A stretch of DNA of 64,000 bases, taken from the IMG/VR virus record IMGVR_UViG_3300047300_000501, positions 1-64,000 of that record; one strand, 5' to 3'. Of this stretch, positions 50,197 to 61,304 are shown one piece after another. The notes under the pieces are model-generated. The model ran no database searches and had not been told where the DNA came from. It was given only the letters and a program-made list of their open reading frames with translations. The stretch comes from a virus. Made by a program: the position numbers and the translations under genes. Position 1 is the first letter of the stretch; every line of letters starts with the position of its first letter.

Positions 50197-53100
50197 TGTT
50201 TGTAAATGAGGAACTAAAAAAGTTTTTGCAAACATCTTCCGTTGTAAGAAGTCAGTCTGCAGTTATTGCAGAATGGAACATGAACATTGCAGAAAATATT
50301 AAGCGTATTGGAAATTATAGGTATAGACCATTAGACGAAGTGGGAACAAAATATAAAAACCCCACAGGCTCATTTGACTTAAATGATGCTGGAAATTATT
50401 TTACTAATGCAACTGATGCAGATATTAAGGTTGATGGTGGCTTTGATGATGCTGGCATTCCAATGATTTTTACTTCTACTAAAGAGAAGGTAAAAATGAT
50501 TTACTCTTTAGAAGATTGTTTTAAAAGATTTAGACCACGCTCTGGAATTAACAAGGCAAACTACTTAAAGTCAAAATTTATCCATAACACCAATATTGAA
50601 ATGGCAAAAAGGCCAAGATATTATATGGCAGATAAAAATGATCAGTTTAAGTATTGGACATCATATAGAACAGAAGATAATAAAGAGCGTGGCATTGCTA
50701 ATCAATTTAAAAATGGCAAATACTTTATAGATGACGTATCTCCATTTGTTGTTTATAAAAATAAGGTACCTTCAAACAGAATTGTAATAAAGATGCAGAC
50801 CAACGTTGGTACAGTTGATCTTGGTCCGTTTAAAGGTGCTTCTGGATCTATTTCAGACCCACTATATGGAACAGCCAACCAAACAACACCTGTTCAGTGG
50901 AAGGTTCAAGGGCTCTCAAGCAACAACTGGGTAGACCTGGTTTCATTTAATGAATCCTCTACAAGAAAAGACGGTACAGCAGTAATCAAGGCCGATGGAT
51001 ATGTAGAGTTATCATACGGTCTAGTAGTACCAGATAGATATAGGGATGTTTTTGTTAAGGCTGAAGAATATACAAATATAAACTTTTTGCCAGAACAGTC
51101 TGTTAATGGCTATGCTTATTTAATTAAAGAAAACGATCTAGATATTGGGACATACCATGTTTGGTTTGAGGGAGCATATGAAGTCTTTACACCAACATAT
51201 GGATGGTACCTTGAAGAAGAGACCGTAGATAGGCTTACAAACTTTGTAACAGACCTTACATCTCCAGTAAAATATAGTAATACTGCAAATGGAACTGTGT
51301 CTTACCGTGAGTTTGACTATATTGAGGGACTAAGAATTGTTGTTGAAACAATGAACAAGGTAGATTCAACTTTTGATTTAATTGAGTTATCTCCAAGATT
51401 ATGTGTAGATCTATCTGGAAAGGTTCAAGATTTTAATGTTACAAAAACAGCAGGGGATTTAGGTTCTAATGGACTACCAGTGGGTCAACTCCTAGCATCT
51501 ACTGGATCACTTACATTGTTTGATTATGATCAGGCATTTAATGATAACAATGCCAATAGCATAATTGTTAATTATATAAACAATAACATACAGATAAAAT
51601 TTTACGACATCGTAGTTGACGTAGACGGATACGATTATTTTATCCCAATAAAAACTATGTACTCTGAAGGTTTTCCACAGACCAATGCTGCATCACGTAC
51701 CGTGCAACTATCTCTCAGAGATATGTTTTTCTATTTAGAATCAATAACTGCTCCTCAAATGCTAGTGACTAGTGTATCACTAAGTTATGCTGTCTCACTC
51801 TTACTTGACTCCATAGGTTTTTCAAATTATGTTTTCAAAAGAATTCCTTCAGAAACAGAATTAGTAATTCCATTCTTTTATATTTCGCCAGATAAAACAA
51901 TCGCTGAAGTCTTGAACGATCTTGCTGTGTCAAGTCAAACAGCCATGTTCTTTGATGAGTATAATAACTTTGTAATGATGAGTAAAAAATATATCATGCC
52001 ATCAGCAACAGAAAGGCCAATAGATCTTACAATATATGGCTCAGATGATCAGCAAGACACTGGCGTTAGAGAAAATCAATCAAGAAGCACAAACATTGCC
52101 AATATTCTTGAGATATCTTCTGAAGACAAGTCTGTATTCAATGATGGGAAAATAACTTATAGCACTAGATATATTCAAAAAACTTTTGGCTCCCTAAGAC
52201 AAGCAAGTATGATTGATGCTGACAAAACATGGATATATAAGCCAGTACTACTTTGGGAAGTTGTTGGTTCAGAAAACACAAAGTCTGTTAACGGTGATGT
52301 TGGATCGCAATCAAGTTATGTGCTAGGTGCAATCCCACTTAACTCTACACTATCAGCAGAACTTCCAAGAGTTGTAAATAATAGCATTACTAATAACATT
52401 ATGGATTTAGGTGAGGGAGTCTATTGGCTTACACGAAACTCTGGGTACTTCTATGCTAACTCTGAGATTATAAAATATGATGCAGTTCAGTATAATGTCG
52501 GTGGAGTTGGCAACGTATGGATAACTAATTCTCAAGAGTATGAGAATTACTTTTCTAAGATTAGTTTTAATGGCAAGATATACCCAACTGGACTTGTTAG
52601 AATTTATTCAGAGCCTAATTATGAAGTGGTTGATGGAGTATTTAAGTTTAAAAATGGACCAGTTGCAAAACACGGTAGGGGTCAGTTTGGAACATCTGTA
52701 ATGTCTCATAATGCTGGTATTAATCCGTACTGGTCAGATAACGCAAACGTTCGTGGTTGCACAATGAAATCTCAATACCTATTTAGTTTAAATGGACAGT
52801 CAGATCAAACAACCACCTATAGTGTTGCTGCAGCAGGGGTTAACAACACACTAGCGCAAAAGTCAACACGTAATGGAATTATTAAAAACTTTTTATCTAG
52901 TTCTTTTATGACAGAAACAGCAGTTAATAAATTACAATCTACTCAAACAGGAACAATACAGTCATCGGCATTGATTCTAGAAGGACCAGCGTTTAGCACT
53001 ATTGAGACACCACTTGACTTTTTATCTTATGTGTATAAGCCTCTTACGAATAAGTTTAAGCATTTTGGAACAAGAATGCGTATTGTGGGTAAAATTGAAA

Positions 53101-54494
53101 ACAATGAAAACCGTGGGCAAACTCCAATTGGTAGTGGCACATACTATGTTGTTACTGGATCTCAGCCAAGTCAAAACATCAATGTTGGTGGAGGATCAGG
53201 TGGTCTTGCAGTAATGCTAAACCCAGAAACTAATAATGGATACTACTTTGAGATTATTGCACTAACTGAAAATAATATCAATGACTATACCAATGCTTCT
53301 GAAAGACTACATAATATAATCTTCTATAAGATTGGAAAAGATCCAGCATCTTCTAATGCCATTCCGATTAAACTTTGGGGAGGTCTTTCAAATATTATTG
53401 TTGATAACGGAAAGTTTACTGGACAGTATCGAATGGTAGGAGAAGAAAATCCAACAGTCTACGATCTTGCAGTAGAATACCAAGACATAGGAAAGATTAG
53501 AAGATTCTTTCTTTATATTAACAACAAGTTAATTACAACAGTTGATGATACAAATCCATTGCCGATATATAATAATATGGCAGTATTCTCTCGTGGTGCT
53601 TCTAGATGTATGTTTGAAAACATTTATGCTTTAGCAAGTAACTACTCTCAAAATACAACATTTGCCTTAGACACACCAGTCAACTCTGCAATTGATGACG
53701 CAGAGATTAGTGCTAATGAATCATTTAGTAAGTATGCCATGAGTGGAATAGTTCAGTCTACATTTTTGTCTGGCATAAGTCCATCCGAACCACCAAAGTA
53801 TTTAATGTACTTTGAAGAGTTTGGAACTATTATGAGAGAGGCAGCATATTTTAATGTAAGATATGACAAGGCATATCCAGCACTTTATGCAAAATTATCT
53901 CCAACCTTTAATAGAATTAAGGGCTACACAGTTTCTGGTTTTAGAGCGGGATCATATGGCGCAGAGTTCCTAATTTTTAATGCTACAGATACAGCACTAA
54001 GTCTAGATGAAACAACTGGGAACTATTTAAGAATTCAGGGTATTACATTTACACAACAATCTCAAAATGAACTAACTGTTGACTCTTACTTTACAAAGAA
54101 TAGTAATTTCTCTAATACAGATTTTGCCAACACTCAACTTGTCAAATCTCCGCTAAAGGCATCGCAAGACTACGAGGATATTAAGGTTAGCAGAATGACA
54201 TATGGTAAGAAAGACTTTGCTTTGGATACTCCTTATGTTCAAACTTCAGATGACGCTGAATCATTAATGTCATGGATTATTTCAAAAATAGCAAAGCCAA
54301 GAAAGTCAGTTGGTGTAAGGCTATTTAATCTTCCAATTCTACAACTTGGAGATATTGTAAATATTCATTACAAGAGTGCAGATGGTGTGGACGAGGTGTC
54401 TCCATCATCAACTAGATTTTTAGTATATAATATAGAGTATGCAAAAAGCCCAGATGGATCAGATATGACAGTTTATCTAAGTGAGGTGGCATAA
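50196..54494 (+). CDS. Baseplate hub/Tal-like large tail protein
   Basis: Synteny; MFFDEYNNF, LPILQLGDIVNI hub motifs; likely start 50196 (TAATG). Confidence 0.7.
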   Translation: MFVNEELKKFLQTSSVVRSQSAVIAEWNMNIAENIKRIGNYRYRPLDEVGTKYKNPTGSFDLNDAGNYFTNATDADIKVDGGFDDAGIPMIFTSTKEKVKMIYSLEDCFKRFRPRSGINKANYLKSKFIHNTNIEMAKRPRYYMADKNDQFKYWTSYRTEDNKERGIANQFKNGKYFIDDVSPFVVYKNKVPSNRIVIKMQTNVGTVDLGPFKGASGSISDPLYGTANQTTPVQWKVQGLSSNNWVDLVSFNESSTRKDGTAVIKADGYVELSYGLVVPDRYRDVFVKAEEYTNINFLPEQSVNGYAYLIKENDLDIGTYHVWFEGAYEVFTPTYGWYLEEETVDRLTNFVTDLTSPVKYSNTANGTVSYREFDYIEGLRIVVETMNKVDSTFDLIELSPRLCVDLSGKVQDFNVTKTAGDLGSNGLPVGQLLASTGSLTLFDYDQAFNDNNANSIIVNYINNNIQIKFYDIVVDVDGYDYFIPIKTMYSEGFPQTNAASRTVQLSLRDMFFYLESITAPQMLVTSVSLSYAVSLLLDSIGFSNYVFKRIPSETELVIPFFYISPDKTIAEVLNDLAVSSQTAMFFDEYNNFVMMSKKYIMPSATERPIDLTIYGSDDQQDTGVRENQSRSTNIANILEISSEDKSVFNDGKITYSTRYIQKTFGSLRQASMIDADKTWIYKPVLLWEVVGSENTKSVNGDVGSQSSYVLGAIPLNSTLSAELPRVVNNSITNNIMDLGEGVYWLTRNSGYFYANSEIIKYDAVQYNVGGVGNVWITNSQEYENYFSKISFNGKIYPTGLVRIYSEPNYEVVDGVFKFKNGPVAKHGRGQFGTSVMSHNAGINPYWSDNANVRGCTMKSQYLFSLNGQSDQTTTYSVAAAGVNNTLAQKSTRNGIIKNFLSSSFMTETAVNKLQSTQTGTIQSSALILEGPAFSTIETPLDFLSYVYKPLTNKFKHFGTRMRIVGKIENNENRGQTPIGSGTYYVVTGSQPSQNINVGGGSGGLAVMLNPETNNGYYFEIIALTENNINDYTNASERLHNIIFYKIGKDPASSNAIPIKLWGGLSNIIVDNGKFTGQYRMVGEENPTVYDLAVEYQDIGKIRRFFLYINNKLITTVDDTNPLPIYNNMAVFSRGASRCMFENIYALASNYSQNTTFALDTPVNSAIDDAEISANESFSKYAMSGIVQSTFLSGISPSEPPKYLMYFEEFGTIMREAAYFNVRYDKAYPALYAKLSPTFNRIKGYTVSGFRAGSYGAEFLIFNATDTALSLDETTGNYLRIQGITFTQQSQNELTVDSYFTKNSNFSNTDFANTQLVKSPLKASQDYEDIKVSRMTYGKKDFALDTPYVQTSDDAESLMSWIISKIAKPRKSVGVRLFNLPILQLGDIVNIHYKSADGVDEVSPSSTRFLVYNIEYAKSPDGSDMTVYLSEVA

Positions 54495-54982
54495 TGGTTG
54501 ATGCAAACCCAAACTTGCCAGCAATAGTTCCATCTACATCCTCAACTGGTGTTAAGATACCAACAACAGATATTATTTTGTATAATGATGAGTCTACTCC
54601 AATTGAGGTAATGTCGGATTTAATCTTTGAAAATATTGGTGGGCAAGAGATTATTAACATTGCAAGAAATGATATTGTCAATGGCCAAAATGTTATTTAT
54701 CAGCCAATCAAAAATTTAACAAGTTTATACTTTCAGTATAACCCACAAAACATTCTTGCCTTGCAAAATGTATCAGATGAGTACTTCAAAAAGTTTCCAA
54801 TAAAACTAGAGAATACAATTCCAAATGTTGGAACTGGTCCAAATGGTGAGACAGTTTATATTGAGGCATCTACTGGTAACCTTATAATAAATGTTATTAA
54901 TTTAAATCCAGATGAGCAAGTAGAGGTTGAGATCTTGAGTAATGGGGCAATTTTTGATGATACAATATATGGGGTGGAATAA
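54494..54982 (+). CDS. Minor tail protein
   Basis: Synteny, translational coupling. Confidence 0.55.
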   Translation: MVDANPNLPAIVPSTSSTGVKIPTTDIILYNDESTPIEVMSDLIFENIGGQEIINIARNDIVNGQNVIYQPIKNLTSLYFQYNPQNILALQNVSDEYFKKFPIKLENTIPNVGTGPNGETVYIEASTGNLIINVINLNPDEQVEVEILSNGAIFDDTIYGVE

Positions 54983-54984
54983 AA

Positions 54985-56106
54985 ATGATAACTAATACTG
55001 GCAAGAATATTCTTGCAAAATACTTAATTGGTCAAGCGCCAGCATATGCTTCATATGTTGCTGTTGGCTGTGGAGCAACACCTGTAGCAACAGATGCACT
55101 ACTTGGTGACTATTCTTCTAAGACGCAACTCGATTTTGAGATGTTTAGAGTACCTATAACTTCCAGGGGATATGTGAATGAAGATGGAGTATCAAAGATA
55201 GTCTTAACTGCAGAGTTGCCAACTGAAGAAAGATATGAGATTAGCGAGGTTGGTATCTATTCTGCTGGATCTAACCCTATGGCTGGTTCGTATGACAGCA
55301 AATCTATTTATGCTTTTACACAGGATGAAAACTGGGAACATCATACAGCAAGCGCAGCAACAGATATCCCAATTATCTATGAGCCACTAGATGGTTCAGA
55401 TAACGATAATGTTATTGATCAACCTTATTCTGTTTTTCAAACCAACGCAGACAATAGAATCTTTACTAACTCCCAAAGAGTTAATAGATATGAAAGATGT
55501 AGATTCTTTAATAACGTTGTTATGATGTCTGGAAACTCATCAAACTTGACACTGGACTCTAATAATAGACTTGTTGTTAATGCTGGGTCAGAGCACATCC
55601 ATCTTACAGGAGCATCTCTTGACTTTAATAAAAATGCTCCTACAGATGCACTAAAGTTTGCATTTTCTCTTGCTAGCAAAGACGGACAATCAAATGCTGT
55701 GCCAGACTCAGTACGAATTCTTTTGCAATTTGCATCAACAGATGTTCATGGAACAGGAGAGTACGCTAGGTTTGAGGTTATATTAAACAGCGCAGATTAT
55801 GATTTTAATACAAAAAGATATTTTGTCGCTACCAAACAGTTGCAAGAACTGGTTAAAAGTTCTGGATTTACTTGGGCAAGCGTCGATGTTGTACAAATTT
55901 ATGCCTGTGTAATTGATAATGGAGCACCATCTTCTGATTTTTATGTTTGCCTAGATGCAATTAGATTTGAAAATACTAGCACAACAAATCCTCTCTACGG
56001 TCTTACTGGATACTCAATTATTAAAAATACAAATGCTGCTACAATTGTTAAGACAGCAAATACAACAAACTACATTGAGTTTAGGTTTGCAATGGATGTG
56101 CAGTAA
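54985..56106 (+). CDS. Minor tail/baseplate protein
   Basis: MITNTGKNILAKYL...VAVGCG...EISEVGIY. Confidence 0.6.
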   Translation: MITNTGKNILAKYLIGQAPAYASYVAVGCGATPVATDALLGDYSSKTQLDFEMFRVPITSRGYVNEDGVSKIVLTAELPTEERYEISEVGIYSAGSNPMAGSYDSKSIYAFTQDENWEHHTASAATDIPIIYEPLDGSDNDNVIDQPYSVFQTNADNRIFTNSQRVNRYERCRFFNNVVMMSGNSSNLTLDSNNRLVVNAGSEHIHLTGASLDFNKNAPTDALKFAFSLASKDGQSNAVPDSVRILLQFASTDVHGTGEYARFEVILNSADYDFNTKRYFVATKQLQELVKSSGFTWASVDVVQIYACVIDNGAPSSDFYVCLDAIRFENTSTTNPLYGLTGYSIIKNTNAATIVKTANTTNYIEFRFAMDVQ

Positions 56107-56537
56107 TGGCTGATCCAGGGATTAAAAAAGTAATTATTGCAAAGAAAAATCTACCTTCAATATTTGGCACCCATCAAAAGTACGTAGTAAGATATAGAAT
56201 AGTTTCGGAAGATAGAAATAGAACATCTCATTGGTCTGCACAGTATAAACTAAATGCTCCCGCTATAACAAATATTAATCATTCTATCTCCGTGGATGCA
56301 ACTGCTAATACTATTAAACTTGTCTGGGATGAAGTAAGCAATATATCAGGTTATGACATTTATGTCAAGTGGGATTCTGGATCTTGGTCACATATAACCA
56401 CAACCACAAACAATAACTATACTTGTTTAATTAAAGATTCCTCTACTTCTGTACAATTTGCAGTCCAAGTGCCTACATTTCCTAAGTCTAGATTTGTGCA
56501 GTCAACATTATTTGAAACGGTTTCTACCAGTCTTTGA
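56106..56537 (+). CDS. Minor tail protein (FN3-like)
   Basis: VRYRIVSEDRNRTSHWS; LVWD...GYDIYVKW. Confidence 0.55.
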   Translation: MADPGIKKVIIAKKNLPSIFGTHQKYVVRYRIVSEDRNRTSHWSAQYKLNAPAITNINHSISVDATANTIKLVWDEVSNISGYDIYVKWDSGSWSHITTTTNNNYTCLIKDSSTSVQFAVQVPTFPKSRFVQSTLFETVSTSL

Positions 56538-56552
56538 TGGTATAATAGAATA

Positions 56553-56996
56553 ATGGCTAAAGTACCGCTACCAGAAAGAGGACAACCACTAGATGTTTCA
56601 TACATCTATCAATTGGCTAATGCCCTGAATGAGTTGTCTACGCAGGTTTCTCCTGCCACCTATAAGTATGTTACAGTAGACACTGCAGGTGTCGGAAAAC
56701 AAAGCGTGAAGGCTTCTGAGGCCCGTATAATCGGAGGGTACGTAGATGTTGTGTCTAGCGCCACAAAGAGTGCTGGACAGGAAGTAGCATTCTCATACGA
56801 CTTCCCAACAGACTTTAAGTATGCTCCAATAGCAACAGCAACACCAGTAAATGTTGGTGGAACAGATGCTGGTAAGAATGTTTCTGTAGTCTTAAAAACA
56901 ATTACAACTTCAAAAATTGAAGGTATTGTAAGATTTAATACAACTGGTGATCTATCTGTTGCTGTTAATATAATAGTAATAGGTATCCCAAATTGA
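56553..56996 (+). CDS. Putative tail tip protein
   Basis: FPTDFKYAPIATAT...NIIVIG motif; leaderless promoter. Confidence 0.55.
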   Translation: MAKVPLPERGQPLDVSYIYQLANALNELSTQVSPATYKYVTVDTAGVGKQSVKASEARIIGGYVDVVSSATKSAGQEVAFSYDFPTDFKYAPIATATPVNVGGTDAGKNVSVVLKTITTSKIEGIVRFNTTGDLSVAVNIIVIGIPN

Positions 56997-57187
56997 TGCT
57001 AACATGCGCTAAGTGTAAAAAGAAAATGCTTGTCGATAGACAGTATAGTTCAGTTGGACATATTGAAACATATTGTTTATATTGTGGAACTAGAAAATTT
57101 TTTCACCCACCAGAAGATTCAGAAGAGGGAAGATGGCTACTAAAAAAGGAACAACAGAGAGCGAAGGCTACAATCTCAAACCTGTAA
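56993..57187 (+). CDS. Small zinc-finger protein
   Basis: CAKC...CLYCG. Confidence 0.7.
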   Translation: MMLTCAKCKKKMLVDRQYSSVGHIETYCLYCGTRKFFHPPEDSEEGRWLLKKEQQRAKATISNL

Positions 57188-57675
57188 TTCCTGGAAACAA
57201 AAAGGTTTGGTTTTTGAATGGTAGTTTAGTTAGAATACATCACTTCAATAAGTCTAATGGCATAATGTCTGTTTATAATATTACAGAAGACAGAATTGAA
57301 AGTTGTTTAATTAGTGATTTTAAAAGCAAAAGAGAACGTGCATATACTGTTGGCGAGACTGCTGAATTAGTTAATCGTCATAAAAAATATATGCCATCAT
57401 TAATGAAGCGTGGAGTTATTCCTTTTCCAACTGGATCACAAAAAGGTGGGGCACGAGGGTTTCAGGTACGCTCATATTATTCAGAATCACAGGTAAGAGA
57501 GATTCGTGATATACTTGCTACACACCACATGGGTAGACCAAGAAAAGACAACTTAATAACAAATGATATTACGCCTACAAAGCAAGAGTTGACACGCAGA
57601 ATGGGCGATGGTATACTTACATATACGAAGACAGAAGATGGACGTTTTGTTCCAATATGGAACGAATCTATTTAA
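57133..57675 (+). CDS. MerR-like helix-turn-helix DNA-binding protein
   Basis: YTVGETAELVNRH...RGVIP...RSYYSESQV. Confidence 0.65.
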   Translation: MATKKGTTESEGYNLKPVIPGNKKVWFLNGSLVRIHHFNKSNGIMSVYNITEDRIESCLISDFKSKRERAYTVGETAELVNRHKKYMPSLMKRGVIPFPTGSQKGGARGFQVRSYYSESQVREIRDILATHHMGRPRKDNLITNDITPTKQELTRRMGDGILTYTKTEDGRFVPIWNESI

Positions 57676-57689
57676 CAAAGGGGTATGAA

Positions 57690-57899
57690 TTGGAAAACGA
57701 CAACACAAAGGTATCAGTTACACTAGGATACACACTTAATCTTGGAAACTTTCAGTCGCTAAGACTTGATCTTGGAGTAGTTGACTCAAAGCGAGATGGA
57801 GAAAATACTGAACAGGCTTTTGAGCGTGTTTATAAATTTGTTGAGGATAAACTCACAGAGAAGATTCAAGAGGCTCAGTCAGAGGCTGCTGAAGGCTAA
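57690..57899 (+). CDS. Conserved hypothetical phage protein
   Basis: VTLGYTLNLGNFQSLRLD; probable TTG start 57690. Confidence 0.65.
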   Translation: MENDNTKVSVTLGYTLNLGNFQSLRLDLGVVDSKRDGENTEQAFERVYKFVEDKLTEKIQEAQSEAAEG

Positions 57900-58207
57900 T
57901 GGCAGAACGCAAAGACCGTATGGCTTTGCTTTCCCGCTACAGCAAGTTTCATACTGCAAGGTATGAGGTAAAGCCATCATTAAACTTAAACGTTGAGCAA
58001 TGGTCAGCAGATGCTCTTATTGAGTCATACGGCATGGGGCAATGCTATGATCTATTAGAGCATTACTTCAAGGTAGCACAATCTCCTTCGTGGAATTATT
58101 TTGCATACAATACAGAAAAAATATTACAGGCAAAACTAGACAAAGAGCAAGACGATAAAGATAGAGCAGAGAGAAGAAAAATGGCAAAGGAGTGGTTAAG
58201 TGAATAA
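57899..58207 (+). CDS. Hypothetical protein (possible helicase loader)
   Basis: Directly precedes and overlaps the DnaB gene. Confidence 0.55.
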   Translation: MAERKDRMALLSRYSKFHTARYEVKPSLNLNVEQWSADALIESYGMGQCYDLLEHYFKVAQSPSWNYFAYNTEKILQAKLDKEQDDKDRAERRKMAKEWLSE

Positions 58208-59420
58208 TACAGAGGCTAAACTAATAACTGCCGTTTTAGAAGATAAGCAGGTCCATGTTCTTCTACAAGCAAACATTGATAATCTGCTTAGAACACATAA
58301 TGATGTATGGAACTTTGTCAGAAATTACTTTGAGCACAACTCTGCTGTACCACCAGTTTCTCTTGTTGTTGAAAAGTTTAGAGACTTTGAACCTATTGCA
58401 GGAGTCGGTGCAACAAAGCATCACCTAGAAGAACTGCAAACAGAATATTTAACAGATAGTCTTAAAGATATTCTTAGGTCTGCTGCTTCAGATGTTCAAA
58501 GCGGTAATGGTGGAGAAGCACTAGAAAATCTAATTACCAAAACATCAGAACTGAAAAAGAATACTTCTGCTATTCGTGATATTGATGTAACAGATCTTGA
58601 GTCTGCAATTGCATATTTTGAAAACCTTAAGGTGCAGCAGGCTGCAGGTCATGTAGGAATTAAAACTAACCTACCAGGATTTGATAACTATCTTCCTTCT
58701 GGAATCATGCCTGGACAACTTGGAGTATTTCTTGCATACCCAGGAATTGGTAAGTCTTGGATGGCTCTATACTTTGCGGTACAAGCATGGAAGCAAGGGA
58801 AGACACCACTAATCATTTCTCTTGAAATGAGTGAGACAGAAGTTCGTAACCGTGTATTTACAATCATGGGTGAGGGCTTATGGTCGCATAGAAAATTAAG
58901 TAATGGCGATGTTGAGATTGACACGCTAAAGATGTGGCATGCTAAGCATCTTCAAGGTAAGCCTGAGTTCCATATTATTTCTAATGATCAAGGTGGAGAA
59001 ATTAACCCATCCGTTCTTCGTGGAAAGATCGACCAATATAAACCAGACTTTGTTATCGTAGACTACCTGCAGTTGATGGCTCCTAATCAGAAGTCAGATA
59101 ATGAAACGGTACGAATGAAGAACCTTTCACGAGAACTTAAACTAATGGCTATTGGCGAAGAGGTGCCTATCATTGCTATTTCATCTGCAACACCAGATGA
59201 TGTTAACGACCTTAGCACTGTACCAACTCTTGGGCAAACTGCATGGTCACGACAGATTGCATATGATGCTGACTGGGTTATAGCCCTTGGCCGTGGTCAA
59301 AATAGTGATGTGATTGAGTGTGCATTCCGTAAGAATCGTAATGGTTTTATGGGTGACTTCTTGGTTCAGGTAGACTTTGACAAGGGCTACTATCGATACA
59401 AAGACTTTGAAGATAAGTAG
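58200..59420 (+). CDS. dnaB: Replicative DnaB-like helicase
   Basis: Walker A AYPGIGKS, SLEMS, IVDYLQLM, YDAD, KNRNG. Confidence 0.92.
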   Translation: MNNTEAKLITAVLEDKQVHVLLQANIDNLLRTHNDVWNFVRNYFEHNSAVPPVSLVVEKFRDFEPIAGVGATKHHLEELQTEYLTDSLKDILRSAASDVQSGNGGEALENLITKTSELKKNTSAIRDIDVTDLESAIAYFENLKVQQAAGHVGIKTNLPGFDNYLPSGIMPGQLGVFLAYPGIGKSWMALYFAVQAWKQGKTPLIISLEMSETEVRNRVFTIMGEGLWSHRKLSNGDVEIDTLKMWHAKHLQGKPEFHIISNDQGGEINPSVLRGKIDQYKPDFVIVDYLQLMAPNQKSDNETVRMKNLSRELKLMAIGEEVPIIAISSATPDDVNDLSTVPTLGQTAWSRQIAYDADWVIALGRGQNSDVIECAFRKNRNGFMGDFLVQVDFDKGYYRYKDFEDK

Positions 59421-59432
59421 TTATAATATGGT

Positions 59433-59759
59433 ATGGAAAATTTTCACCATAAGACAATTAAGAGGTTTAGCCTTGATGGGATCATCCATGATGAATCCGC
59501 CCTTGGCAGGCTTAAGTTGGAGTATACAAGACTCCTTCTTTCTGAGATGCGCTTATGTGGATATGTTCCAAGAATTGACATAGATCCAGACTTTACTATA
59601 GACTATAATGAAAACAAACAATATTTTGAATTTGAGATATCAGTACACGGAGTATACGCAGGGAAAAGGAAAAGCGAATGGATAATAGGGATAGACGTAA
59701 ACAAGCCAATATATATACAAAAGAGCAAATCAAAAGAGTTCTCTCAGGAACAGGTATAA
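59433..59759 (+). CDS. Hypothetical protein
   Basis: ORF track; TATAAT 5 nt upstream. Confidence 0.6.
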   Translation: MENFHHKTIKRFSLDGIIHDESALGRLKLEYTRLLLSEMRLCGYVPRIDIDPDFTIDYNENKQYFEFEISVHGVYAGKRKSEWIIGIDVNKPIYIQKSKSKEFSQEQV

Positions 59760-60622
59760 ATGTTGAGTCTGAAGTTGACTCTGACTATATAATCTTTTGC
59801 CCATTCCATAATAATAATCGCACACCCGCAGGAGAAGTTGACAAGAATAATGGCACATTTTTCTGTTTTGCTTGTCACCATGTAGCAGACTTAGTAGAGT
59901 TTGTAATGCACACATCAAATCGGACCTACTTTGAGTCTATTAGATTTATTAAAAGTAAAGAAACAGAACAAGATTTAGAGCGGGATATTAATCAAAAGTT
60001 AGTTGCCAAACCAGACTTTGTTCCGTTTGATGAACTTATCTTAAAGCGTTTGCATAAAAATGTATACGATTCCAATAAAGCAAAAGCCTATTATGCTTAT
60101 AGAAAAATCAATCCAGATTCTATTCTTAAGTTTGGACTAGGATATTCTGAAAAGCAAGACATGGTAACTGTTCCAGTTCACAGTCCAGATGGAATGCCAG
60201 TTGGCTTTGTTGGTCGTTCAATTGAGGGCAAAGAGTTTAAGAATACTCCAGGACTTCCAAAAGCCAAAACTCTTTTTAATCTTAATAGGGTCAAGACTGC
60301 TGATAGAGTATACGTGGTAGAGTCATCATTTGATGCTATTAGATTAGATCAGGTAGGATTTCCAGCGGTAGCAACGCTTGGATCAAATGTATCCAACATA
60401 CAAATAGAATTGCTTCAGAAGTACTTTAACAATATAATTGTTATTGCAGATAACGATGAGGCAGGAGGAAACATGAAAGATAAGATAATTGAAAAACTTG
60501 GATCTCGTGTTTCTGTTATACAACTAAATAAAGAATATAAGGACATTGGAGATATGCTAGATGAGGACATTAAGCAATTAGAGTTCTCATTTGACAAATC
60601 AATCATGTCTATGCTAAACTAA
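59678..60622 (+). CDS. dnaG: DNA primase (CHC2 zinc finger + TOPRIM)
   Basis: CPFH...CFAC; VVESSFDA; ADNDEAG. Confidence 0.9.
   Translation: MDNRDRRKQANIYTKEQIKRVLSGTGINVESEVDSDYIIFCPFHNNNRTPAGEVDKNNGTFFCFACHHVADLVEFVMHTSNRTYFESIRFIKSKETEQDLERDINQKLVAKPDFVPFDELILKRLHKNVYDSNKAKAYYAYRKINPDSILKFGLGYSEKQDMVTVPVHSPDGMPVGFVGRSIEGKEFKNTPGLPKAKTLFNLNRVKTADRVYVVESSFDAIRLDQVGFPAVATLGSNVSNIQIELLQKYFNNIIVIADNDEAGGNMKDKIIEKLGSRVSVIQLNKEYKDIGDMLDEDIKQLEFSFDKSIMSMLN
60591..60620 (+). promoter_or_regulatory. Sigma70-type promoter for SSB/DnaE
   Basis: TTGACA-18-TAAACT with extended TG, within the end of the primase gene. Confidence 0.6.
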
Positions 60623-60647
60623 TACAACAACAACAAAGGAGAAATAT

Positions 60648-61301
60648 ATGAGCGTAATTAAGGGACTCAAAGATATCAACGCCCTGCTCGACAAGCCAAA
60701 GTATGAAAGCACAGGACAAAAGGTCCGTTGGGTAAAGTTATCTGATGGACAGTCAGCAAAGGTTCGTTTTGTAGAAGAACTTGATGCAGATTCAGCACAC
60801 TATAATGAAAGTCGTGGACTTTCTGTTGTAGTCTCAGAACACACTAATCCAAAGGATTATAAGCGCAAGGCTGCATGTACAATGGAGTCTGAAGGACGTT
60901 GCTTCGGTTGCGAAATGGCAAAGAAGGAGCCTAAGAGTGGTTGGAGAGCACGTTTGCGCTTCTACTGTAACGTTCTTATGAACGACGGACTCGAAGATCC
61001 ATACATTGCTGTATGGTCACAGGGAATCTCAAAGCAGTCAGCATTCAACAACATTCGTGAATATGCACTTGATACAGGTAGCATTTCAAATCTTGAGTGG
61101 AAGTTAAAGCGTAATGGACAGGGAACTGAAACCAACTACACACTTCTTCCAAGCAAGCCAGATGCAGAGCCATTCAATTGGGATGGTTTTGAATACTTCA
61201 ACCTAGAAAAGGTTGTTCGTGAAGTTCCATATCCAGAGCAAGAAGCATTCTACTTTGGGTTTGATACTCCATCCGTTACCAGCACAAATATTGACTGGTA
61301 A
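60648..61301 (+). CDS. Single-stranded DNA-binding protein (gp32-like, Zn-binding)
   Basis: H...C...CFGC; KRNGQGTETNYTL; position between primase and polymerase. Confidence 0.7.
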   Translation: MSVIKGLKDINALLDKPKYESTGQKVRWVKLSDGQSAKVRFVEELDADSAHYNESRGLSVVVSEHTNPKDYKRKAACTMESEGRCFGCEMAKKEPKSGWRARLRFYCNVLMNDGLEDPYIAVWSQGISKQSAFNNIREYALDTGSISNLEWKLKRNGQGTETNYTLLPSKPDAEPFNWDGFEYFNLEKVVREVPYPEQEAFYFGFDTPSVTSTNIDW

Positions 61302-61304
61302 TAG